Assembly: GCA_964432405.1 (NCBI GenBank)
Contig: CAYSNH010000001.1
Coordinates: 120,001-152,000 of the forward strand
Direction of reading: 5' to 3'
Length of the DNA stretch: 32,000 nucleotides
Source: an uncultured Candidatus Saccharibacteria bacterium
GTDB lineage: Bacteria > Patescibacteriota > Minisyncoccia > UBA6257 > UBA11618
Shown: positions 23,703 to 30,767 of the stretch, piece after piece
Numbering within the stretch: position 1 is the stretch's first letter
Layout of the letters: each line of letters starts with the position of its first letter
Program-made: the position numbers and the translations under genes
Notes under the pieces: generated by a model
Told to the model about the DNA's origin: nothing
The model's input: only the letters and a program-made list of their open reading frames with translations
Databases searched by the model: none

Positions 23703-25364
23703 AAAGTTCAGGCTACCTGTAGCAGTCTTAACCTCATCTAAAGTCGTTATTCCCATCAACATTTTTAATAAACCATCTTGCTGCATCGTTACCATACCTT
23801 GCTTTAAAGCAAACTCTTGCAACTGCGTCTCACTAGCTTCCTTTTCAATTAAAGACTCTATTTCTTTCTTAACCTGTAATAACTCAAAAATACCTACACG
23901 ACCTTTATAACCCGTCTGGTTACACTTATCACAACCAACTTCTTTAAATAAAATTGGCGTTTGATATCTAACCCTATCTACTCTTTCTGGTAATGATGAT
24001 AATAGATGAGCCACCTTAACCCTCATCTCATCATCGACCTCTACTCTCTGCTTACAATCATCGCATAATTTTCGAACTAATCTCTGGGCCATAATCATAT
24101 TTAAAGCTGGGCCAACGCTGGTTGGTTTAACGTCTAAATCTAATAATCTTGGAATAGACCCAGCTGCCTCATTAGCGTGAACGGTAGAAAAGACCAAGTG
24201 TCCAGTTAAAGCGGATTGAATTGCGGTATTAGCCGTCTCATTATCTCTAATCTCACCAACTAAAATCACATCTGGATCCTGTCTCATTATCGCGCTTAAA
24301 CCATTAGAAAATGTATACCCCTTCTCCTCATTAACCTGAGTTTGCTCTATTCCTTCAATGTTATATTCGATAGGATCTTCGATGGTAACAATTTTAATTT
24401 CAGAAGAGTGACGTTGCTTTAAAAAACTATAAAGAGTGGTTGTTTTTCCAGATCCAGTAGGGCCGGTATTTAAAATCATCCCATTTGGCTCTTGAATTTC
24501 CCTCATTACAATCTCTAAATCATCTTCCCGTAAACCTAACTCTTTTAAAGAAATATTAATCGCATTTGGATCTAACACCCTCATAACCACCGTCTCACCA
24601 TATTCTGATGGAACTACAGAAACTCTTAACTCAATATCCTTATCTCCAAAAGCGATTGAAAACCTTCCGTCTTGAGCCTTACCACCAATATCAATCTTTA
24701 AACCAGTTAATAATTTAATTCTAGATAGCAAACTTTTATATGAGGCTGGTGGAAGATCGTCAATGATAGTATTTAAAATTCCATCAATCCTATAACGGAT
24801 TCTAATTTTATCTACATTTGGTTCAAAATGGATATCAGATGACTTAGTGGTAACAGCTCCTGCTAAAATTATTTCTAAAACATCACCTATTGGTTGTTGA
24901 CTAATATTAAAACTACTAATCTCTTCTTTTATTATTTTTAAACTAGTTAATTTTCTAGCTAGGTCTTCTAAATTCTTTTCTTTAACATTAATTTCTCCTG
25001 TTATCTCCCCTTGCTTTTTAGGTAGCGCATCATAACCCTTCCAAGCTTTTCTTATAGAGCTTAAAGATGATAAATAAATAACAAGGTTGAATCCCTTGCT
25101 TTTTAAACCACTTAAAACTTCTTGCGTCTTATTGTTTTTAGGATCAATAATCGCCACAACTAAATTCTGACCCTTTAACTCAACCGGTATTACTTGAGCC
25201 GCTTCAGCATCAGTCTTCGATAAAGTTTCTAAAGCTTTATCATCAATCGTTTTCATTGAGAGATCTAAATAATCCAATCCAAGTTCATCAGCCCTTCTCT
25301 TTACCTCTCTCTCTTCTGAATCTCTTTTTATTTTAATTAATTGTTCCTCAATTGCTGAAGCCAT
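23700..25364 (-). CDS. type II/IV secretion system ATPase (PilB/GspE family)
   Basis: 554 aa. It has an N-terminal T2SSE_N-like region, Walker A GPTGSGKTT, Asp and His boxes, and the tetracysteine motif CDDCKQ...CDKCNQTGYKGR. Confidence 0.9.
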   Translation of the reverse strand: MASAIEEQLIKIKRDSEEREVKRRADELGLDYLDLSMKTIDDKALETLSKTDAEAAQVIPVELKGQNLVVAIIDPKNNKTQEVLSGLKSKGFNLVIYLSSLSSIRKAWKGYDALPKKQGEITGEINVKEKNLEDLARKLTSLKIIKEEISSFNISQQPIGDVLEIILAGAVTTKSSDIHFEPNVDKIRIRYRIDGILNTIIDDLPPASYKSLLSRIKLLTGLKIDIGGKAQDGRFSIAFGDKDIELRVSVVPSEYGETVVMRVLDPNAINISLKELGLREDDLEIVMREIQEPNGMILNTGPTGSGKTTTLYSFLKQRHSSEIKIVTIEDPIEYNIEGIEQTQVNEEKGYTFSNGLSAIMRQDPDVILVGEIRDNETANTAIQSALTGHLVFSTVHANEAAGSIPRLLDLDVKPTSVGPALNMIMAQRLVRKLCDDCKQRVEVDDEMRVKVAHLLSSLPERVDRVRYQTPILFKEVGCDKCNQTGYKGRVGIFELLQVKKEIESLIEKEASETQLQEFALKQGMVTMQQDGLLKMLMGITTLDEVKTATGSLNF

Positions 25365-25428
25365 CGCTATTATCCTAGCCGTTTTTTAACAAAAAATAAA
25401 GTGGTTGACTTTAAGTATTTCTCGGGTA

Positions 25429-25457
25429 TTGACTAAATATTGATTGTATGTAATAAT
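25429..25457 (+). promoter_or_regulatory. putative promoter of the small lipoprotein gene (TTGACT-17nt-AATAAT with upstream TG)
   Basis: TTGACT(25429-25434) and a 17-nt spacer ending in tgt, then AATAAT(25452-25457). The SD AAAGGA lies 6 nt upstream of ATG 25498. Confidence 0.45.
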
Positions 25458-25497
25458 ATGCCCAGTTCTTCAAACCTCTTTCGAGAAAGGAATGCTT

Positions 25498-25713
25498 ATG
25501 AAGAGGCTGCTTTACCTTAGTTTGCCGCTGATGGCACTTTTCATTAGTGGTTGCGCGGTGGGAGCTGGTTTCCAAATCGGCTCCCAACATCGCTGTGTTG
25601 GCTCCGCCTTCTACAGCGAAGCAGGGCGAGATGGATCCCAAATCATCTCCGCCACCCAAGTTGGCAAGCATCGACTTGCCATCAAATCAAAAACCGGTGT
25701 CCGAAAGGACTAG
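25498..25713 (+). CDS. small G+C-rich lipoprotein (71 aa), function unknown
   Basis: MKRLLYLSLPLMALFISGC is a textbook signal peptide with a lipobox (ISG-C), followed by AVGAGFQIGSQHRCVGSAFYSEAGRDGSQIISATQVGKHRLAIKSKTGVRKD. The gene has an SD, its own promoter and a strong terminator. Codons are G+C-rich (ctg, ccg, gcg, ggc, tcc, gcc), unlike the neighbours. The track ORF 25444-25713 is the same frame with an upstream alternative start. Confidence 0.65.
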   Translation: MKRLLYLSLPLMALFISGCAVGAGFQIGSQHRCVGSAFYSEAGRDGSQIISATQVGKHRLAIKSKTGVRKD

Positions 25714-25719
25714 GTTCAC

Positions 25720-25757
25720 CCCTCCCTCCCGTATTACGGGAAGGAGGGTTTCTTTTT
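25720..25757 (+). terminator. rho-independent terminator of the lipoprotein gene
   Basis: CCCTCCCTCCCG tatta CGGGAAGGAGGG pairs at 11 of 12 positions and is followed by TTTCTTTTT. Confidence 0.85.
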
Positions 25758-25784
25758 ATAATTATTCAAGTTATATATAAAAAT

Positions 25785-26297
25785 ATGTCTGGTCACTCTA
25801 AATGGAAAACTATTAAACATAAAAAAGAGGCTAAGGATCAAAAAAGAAGTCAGGTTTTCTCTAAAATATTAAAAGCTATTTCAGCTGCTGCTCGAGATGA
25901 AACTGATCCTAAGTTCAACTCTCAATTAAAAAACTTAATTGAAAAAGCTAAAGAAAATAACGTTCCTAATGATAATATTAAAAAAGCTATCGAAGGAGCT
26001 AAGGATAAAGATTTAAAAGAATTATTAATAGAAGCTTATGGACCCGGTGGTGTAGCTATAATAATTAAAGCTGTTACTGATAATAGTAATAGAACTATCG
26101 CTGAGATACGCCACTTATTAAATAAAAATAACTGTAAAATGGCTGAGTCTGGAAGTGTTCAATGGGCTTTTGAAAATAACGAACCTAAATTCCCTCAAGA
26201 AATAACCCCTGAAGAAAAAAATCTTTTAGATAAGGTGCTTGAAATCCTAGAAGATCATTCTGATATACAAAACATAATTACTAACGCTAAAGACTAA
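25785..26297 (+). CDS. yebC: YebC/PmpR-family transcriptional regulator-like protein (short, 170 aa)
   Basis: MSGHSKWKTIKHKKEAKDQKRSQVFSKILKAI...YGPGGVAIII...TDNSNRTIAEIRH is the YebC signature. The start is set at ATG 25785, the conserved N-terminus, which lies downstream of the terminator. It is about 70 aa shorter than typical YebC proteins. Confidence 0.85.
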   Translation: MSGHSKWKTIKHKKEAKDQKRSQVFSKILKAISAAARDETDPKFNSQLKNLIEKAKENNVPNDNIKKAIEGAKDKDLKELLIEAYGPGGVAIIIKAVTDNSNRTIAEIRHLLNKNNCKMAESGSVQWAFENNEPKFPQEITPEEKNLLDKVLEILEDHSDIQNIITNAKD

Positions 26298-26774
26298 ATG
26301 AAAGTTCTTGGTATTGATCCTGGGTCATCTCGATGTGGCTACGGTCTAATTGAAAAAGATGGCTCTAAATTAACCCTTGTTAATCATGGATTAATTGAAA
26401 TAAAAGAAAAAGATATTAATCATAAACTAACCCTCCTTGGTCATGATTATAAAAAAATAATAAAAGAGTTTAAGCCTGATTTAGTAGCGATAGAGAAGAT
26501 ATTTTTTTCTAAGAATGTTAAAACCGCAATAGAAGTTGCTCAAGCTCGGGGAGTTATAATGTACCTATCTTTAAAAGAAGGGGCGGATATCGTAGAATAC
26601 AATCCTCAAGAAATAAAACTATCAGTTACTGGTTACGGATTGTCTGATAAAAAAGCTGTAGCAAAAATGGTTTCTTCTATACTTAAAATACCCCCCTTAA
26701 AGGTAATTGATGATGTTACAGACGCTATCGCAATTTCAATCACAGCTGCTAACTTGACACGAAATAATAGTTAG
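26298..26774 (+). CDS. ruvC: crossover junction endodeoxyribonuclease RuvC
   Basis: 158 aa. MKVLGIDPGSSRCGYGLIE..., AIEKIFFSKN and DVTDAIAISI are RuvC catalytic motifs. Confidence 0.9.
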   Translation: MKVLGIDPGSSRCGYGLIEKDGSKLTLVNHGLIEIKEKDINHKLTLLGHDYKKIIKEFKPDLVAIEKIFFSKNVKTAIEVAQARGVIMYLSLKEGADIVEYNPQEIKLSVTGYGLSDKKAVAKMVSSILKIPPLKVIDDVTDAIAISITAANLTRNNS

Positions 26775-26844
26775 TTATACTTCATCTCAATTATGCTAAA
26801 AAATAAATAAAAGGTCGTATTATTCTCTATAATAAAGTTGTTAT

Positions 26845-27003
26845 ATGACTGAATATAAAGTTTCTTTTTCACTAAAGAATCAAGCTGAAGACATTGAAGA
26901 CGGTGTCTATGATGAAATGGATGAAATGAGTGACGATGATTTGATAGATGAAGATGAGGTAGATGATGATATACTAGAAGAAGAGGGTGATGAAGATTAC
27001 TAG
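26845..27003 (+). CDS. hyper-acidic microprotein (52 aa), function unknown
   Basis: Below the track length cutoff. It encodes MTEYKVSFSLKNQAEDIEDGVYDEMDEMSDDDLIDEDEVDDDILEEEGDEDY*, with 25 of 52 residues D/E and only 2 K. A TATAAT lies at 26828-26833. A plus-strand-specific terminator follows at 27026-27049. Confidence 0.5.
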   Translation: MTEYKVSFSLKNQAEDIEDGVYDEMDEMSDDDLIDEDEVDDDILEEEGDEDY

Positions 27004-27025
27004 CCAAAATTATATGTAGATTATT

Positions 27026-27049
27026 ATCCCGTCTTATGACGGGATTTTA
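27026..27049 (+). terminator. rho-independent terminator after the acidic microprotein ORF
   Basis: ATCCCGTC ttat GACGGGAT is followed by TTTT. On the minus strand no U-tract follows the hairpin. Confidence 0.75.
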
Positions 27050-27054
27050 AAAGG

Positions 27055-29400
27055 ATGAAAAGATTTTTAAATTATTTATTTTTAATATTTATTATTTGCG
27101 CCCTGGGGTTCACTGGGTATTTTTTCATTATCACTAAAAACCTTCCTGACCCTGAATTATTTGATCAAAGACAAATAAATCAATCTACAAAAATATTCGA
27201 TCGTACTGGTGATACATTACTTTATGAGATTCATGGTGAGGAAAAAAGAACTGTTATCCCTTATTCAGATATTCCAGACTACGTTAAACACGCCGCTATT
27301 TCTATTGAGGATGTAAAATTTTACGAACACTCTGGTATCGATTGGCAATCATTAGCTAGAGCTTTATTAGTTAATTTAAAAAGCGGTCGAATTGTTCAGG
27401 GTGGATCTACTATATCTCAACAATTAGCAAAAAATGCCTTTCTTACCCCTGAAAGAACTATCTCTAGAAAAATAAAAGAGTTGATTCTCACCCTTCGCCT
27501 AGAAAAGAAATATTCTAAGGATGAAATATTAAACCTATACCTTAACCAAATACCTTATGGTTCTAATGCTTATGGTATTGAGGCTGCTGCTCAAACCTTT
27601 TTTGAAAAAAAGGCTAAAGACCTATCTATAAACGAAGCCGCTCTTTTAGCTAGTTTACCTAGAGCCCCTAGCTACTACTCCCCCTACGGCACTCATGTTG
27701 ATGTTTTAATGGATAGAAAAAATCACGCCTTAAAACAAATGATGATTGCTAAATATATTACCAAAGAAGAATATGAGGAAGCTAAAAATGGGGAGTTGGA
27801 ATTCTCTCCTCATACTATAGGGATTAAAGCCCCTCATTTTGTTATAACCCTTCAAGAATATTTAAACGATAAGTATGGTGAGGATTTTGTTCAGAAAGGT
27901 GGTTTGAAAGTTATCTCAACTTTAGATTGGGATATGCAACAAATAGCTGAAAGAGTTATTAAAGAGGGCGCTGAAAGAAATTCTAATTTATATAATGGTA
28001 AAAACGCCTCTTTAGTAGCTCAAGATGCTAACACCGGTCAGATATTAACCCTGGTAGGCTCTAAAGATTATTTTGACACTGATAATGATGGTAATTTTAA
28101 CGTTGCTGTTCAAGGACTTAGGCAACCTGGTTCTGCTATCAAGCCTTTTGCTTATGTTACCGCTTTTAAAAACGGATTCTCCCCTGAAACTGTGGTTTTT
28201 GACACTTTAACAGATTTCGACACAACTGGAAAAAGAAGTTACACCCCTCATAACTTTGATGATAAGTTTAGGGGTCCTGTTAATTTAAGAAATGCCCTAG
28301 CTCAATCTATGAACGTACCTTCTGTTAAGGTTCTTTATTTAGCTGGTGTAGGAAATACATTAAAAACCGCGGCTGATTTTGGTATCACTACCCTTACAGA
28401 AAGAAGTCGTTATGGTCTCTCATTAGCTCTTGGTGGTGGAGAGGTTAAGTTAATTGATTTAGTTGGTGCATACTCTGTGTTCGCTCAAGATGGTCTAAAA
28501 CACGAACAATCAATGATATTAAGAATTGAAGATAGTAAGGGGGAGGTATTAGAAGAGTATAAGGATGACGTTGATGAGGTTATGGATCCTCAACACATTC
28601 GTTTAATAAACGACATTCTTACCGATATAGAAGTTAGAAGACAACTTTATCAAAGTAGTCTTCACTTAACCACCTTCCCTAATAAAGAGGTTGCTTTAAA
28701 GACTGGAACAACTAATGAATATCACGATGCTTGGGCTATGGGATACACCCCATCGTTAGTAGCTGGTGTCTGGGTTGGTAATAACGACAACACCCCCATG
28801 CAACAAAGAGGTAGTTCTATCTTAGCAGCTCTACCTATCTGGAACGCCTTCTTAAAAGAAGTTTTAGTTGATCAACCTCTAGAGACATTTGAAAGACCTG
28901 AACCTGTTAATGTTCAAAAACCTATACTAAAAGGTAATTATGTTGTCGATGGTGAAATCCATAACATTCTTCATTATATTAATAAAAGCAACCCTGATGG
29001 ATCAGTGCCAGTTAATCCTAGACGCGACTCTCAATACGATAACTGGGAGAAGGCTTTAGTGGAATGGATGAAAGACAACCCTGATAAAGTAAATGAATTA
29101 GCTTTAATTAATAAAAAACTATCTATTAGTATAGAAAAGCCTACTAACGGCAGCTTTATTAATAAAAGTTTTTCTGTGAAAGCTAAAATACAATCATCTC
29201 AAGAAATAAGAGGTATAGAGATTTACTTTAATAACAAATTAATAGGTCAAAGATCAGGTAATTTTGGTCTAGAGTACACCTATCAAGATAATTTCAACTT
29301 AAAAGATATTAAATCTCAGAACGCATTAAAAATAAAAGTTACAGATAGTGATAATAAGAAGCTAGAGGAAGAGATCGTTATTTATCACAAAAACTCCTAA
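27055..29400 (+). CDS. class A penicillin-binding protein (PBP1A-type transglycosylase/transpeptidase)
   Basis: 781 aa with an N-terminal TM anchor. GT51 motifs: EDVKFYEHSGID, GGSTISQQLAKN, RKIKE. Transpeptidase motifs: SAIKPF (SxxK), SMN (SxN), KTGTT. Confidence 0.92.
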   Translation: MKRFLNYLFLIFIICALGFTGYFFIITKNLPDPELFDQRQINQSTKIFDRTGDTLLYEIHGEEKRTVIPYSDIPDYVKHAAISIEDVKFYEHSGIDWQSLARALLVNLKSGRIVQGGSTISQQLAKNAFLTPERTISRKIKELILTLRLEKKYSKDEILNLYLNQIPYGSNAYGIEAAAQTFFEKKAKDLSINEAALLASLPRAPSYYSPYGTHVDVLMDRKNHALKQMMIAKYITKEEYEEAKNGELEFSPHTIGIKAPHFVITLQEYLNDKYGEDFVQKGGLKVISTLDWDMQQIAERVIKEGAERNSNLYNGKNASLVAQDANTGQILTLVGSKDYFDTDNDGNFNVAVQGLRQPGSAIKPFAYVTAFKNGFSPETVVFDTLTDFDTTGKRSYTPHNFDDKFRGPVNLRNALAQSMNVPSVKVLYLAGVGNTLKTAADFGITTLTERSRYGLSLALGGGEVKLIDLVGAYSVFAQDGLKHEQSMILRIEDSKGEVLEEYKDDVDEVMDPQHIRLINDILTDIEVRRQLYQSSLHLTTFPNKEVALKTGTTNEYHDAWAMGYTPSLVAGVWVGNNDNTPMQQRGSSILAALPIWNAFLKEVLVDQPLETFERPEPVNVQKPILKGNYVVDGEIHNILHYINKSNPDGSVPVNPRRDSQYDNWEKALVEWMKDNPDKVNELALINKKLSISIEKPTNGSFINKSFSVKAKIQSSQEIRGIEIYFNNKLIGQRSGNFGLEYTYQDNFNLKDIKSQNALKIKVTDSDNKKLEEEIVIYHKNS

Positions 29401-30503
29401 CTCTTAATCGGCATCAAGATATAAAAGTGAGATGTATCATCGGCTGATTTTATTACCGATGGACGATTATTACCATTAACTCCAAAAATTAAATTCTCAG
29501 AATCAATAACTTTCAGCCCATCAATTAAATAACGCCAATTAAAGGCAACGTTATCAAAATCTTTTCCATCGCTCTTGGTAGGGATCATATAATTATTCTC
29601 CCCTAACATCTGATTAGCTAAATAAACCTCCATCACCTTATTATTTTTAAGAGCGAGATTAACATCATTATTTTTTCCACTAAAAGTGCTAACTAAACGA
29701 ACAGCGTTAATAAAATGATCCTTATTAACACTTAACTCAGTTTCAATGCTCTTGGGAATAATCTGCTCATAGTCCGGATAATCTCCATCTATTAATCTAG
29801 ATATTATTTGTAGATTATTGTTCTTAAAAAGAATTTGATTATCGTCTATAAAAATCTTAATAGGCTCATCATCGCTAAACACCCTTAACACCTCCTGAAC
29901 AGTCTTCAGTGGAACGATTACCTTAAAGCTGTGGTTTATATCGGATTTGAATTGATTGGAGCTAATACTCTTCTCTGCGAGCCTAAAACTATCGGTCGCC
30001 ACTAATTTTATAAGTGTTACTTGATAATCGATTAGCAAACCACTAATCTCTGGTCTAATCTCTGATATTTGAGCGGCACTAATAACCTTATTAACAGCCT
30101 TTCTTAAAATAACAGGATTGAACTCTATAAAATTCTCGCTTTTAACTTGAGGGATAACCGGAAACTCATCTTCTTTAAGTCCTTGGATCTTAGCTTCATA
30201 ATTATCTGTTTTAAAAATAAAGTTATCTCCATCCTTTTCCAAACTAACTCTTTCTTGATTAGTGTTATTAACAATATTGTTTAAAGTATTAAAAGGAATT
30301 GTTAATCCACCCTCTTCAATTATTTTTCCGGAAACAGTTTTTGTAATAGCTAGTTCTAAATTAGTGGTTGAGATATTAATCTTATTACCATTAGTTTTTA
30401 ATAAAACATTTCTAAGAATTGGTAGATTAGAACTTTCCCCTATAGCTCTCTCTACAGAAGATAACCCACCCTTTAAATTACTTTTCAATATAATAACCTT
30501 CAT
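29397..30503 (-). CDS. dnaN: DNA polymerase III beta sliding clamp
   Basis: 368 aa with a three-domain clamp pattern (MKVIILKSNLKGGLSSVERAI..., TDSFRLAEK, ...ILMPIKS). It lies directly downstream of dnaA and oriC. Confidence 0.9.
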   Translation of the reverse strand: MKVIILKSNLKGGLSSVERAIGESSNLPILRNVLLKTNGNKINISTTNLELAITKTVSGKIIEEGGLTIPFNTLNNIVNNTNQERVSLEKDGDNFIFKTDNYEAKIQGLKEDEFPVIPQVKSENFIEFNPVILRKAVNKVISAAQISEIRPEISGLLIDYQVTLIKLVATDSFRLAEKSISSNQFKSDINHSFKVIVPLKTVQEVLRVFSDDEPIKIFIDDNQILFKNNNLQIISRLIDGDYPDYEQIIPKSIETELSVNKDHFINAVRLVSTFSGKNNDVNLALKNNKVMEVYLANQMLGENNYMIPTKSDGKDFDNVAFNWRYLIDGLKVIDSENLIFGVNGNNRPSVIKSADDTSHFYILMPIKS

Positions 30504-30767
30504 ATTACTAATATATTTATATATTAATTATTAATAGTAGTAGTAGTTAGTAGTGTCGGACCTTTTTTGTGAATAACCTATTATAACCCTTTTATAATCG
30601 AATTAAAAATATTTTTTTAAATATGATAATCTGTTCACTTCCTGTGGATTAAGTTTGGATAAGATAGGAGTAAGTGGTTGGTAACTTTAGTCTTTGTTGA
30701 ATGGGGTGTTTTTTATTAACTATTTATCCATAACTAACTCACTAGTAATCCTCAGTTTATCCACAAG
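30504..30767. other. chromosomal replication origin (oriC) in the dnaA-dnaN intergenic region
   Basis: DnaA boxes: TTATCCACA is perfect at 30757-30765. One-mismatch boxes are TTATCCATA at 30724-30732, TGTGGATTA at 30643-30651, TTTGGATAA at 30654-30662 and TGTGAATAA at 30568-30576. AT-rich tracts lie at 30504-30534 and 30590-30630. A DnaA-trio-like array lies at 30532-30553. Confidence 0.8.
30532..30553 (+). repeat. DnaA-trio-like trinucleotide array TAA(TAG)4 T (TAG)2
   Basis: The sequence reads taa tag tag tag tag t tag tag. It is immediately followed by a GC cluster gtgtcggacc (30554-30562), T6 and a DnaA box (30568-30576). The AT-rich tract lies on its other side. Confidence 0.6.

Noticed and set aside
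25411-25784. Alternative ORFs in the G+C-rich segment (25411-25671 minus, 25547-25780 plus, and the 78-codon N-terminal extension of yebC from 25551), and the idea that the segment is a structured RNA such as RNase P or SRP
   Set aside because: The extension would read through a strong terminator and precede the conserved YebC N-terminus MSGHSKW at 25785. The other frames lack an SD or signal features. No RNase P or SRP signature motifs were found. The frame with an SD plus a textbook lipoprotein signal peptide is the best explanation.
14412-26774. ruvA, ruvB and ruvC dispersed in three separate transcription units
   Set aside because: Separation of ruvC from ruvAB, and even of ruvA from ruvB, occurs in many bacteria. 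It is not informative by itself.
26771-27007. 78-aa His-rich minus-strand ORF
   Set aside because: It is the antisense reading of the GAT/GAA-rich acidic ORF and overlaps the ruvC 3' end. It has no SD, and the adjacent terminator only functions for the plus strand.
30535-30553. (TAG)n run as a trivial microsatellite or stop-codon barrier
   Set aside because: Its position directly between an AT-rich tract and a GC cluster plus DnaA box in the dnaA-dnaN spacer fits the DnaA-trio architecture too well to dismiss. It is kept as a finding rather than a simple repeat.
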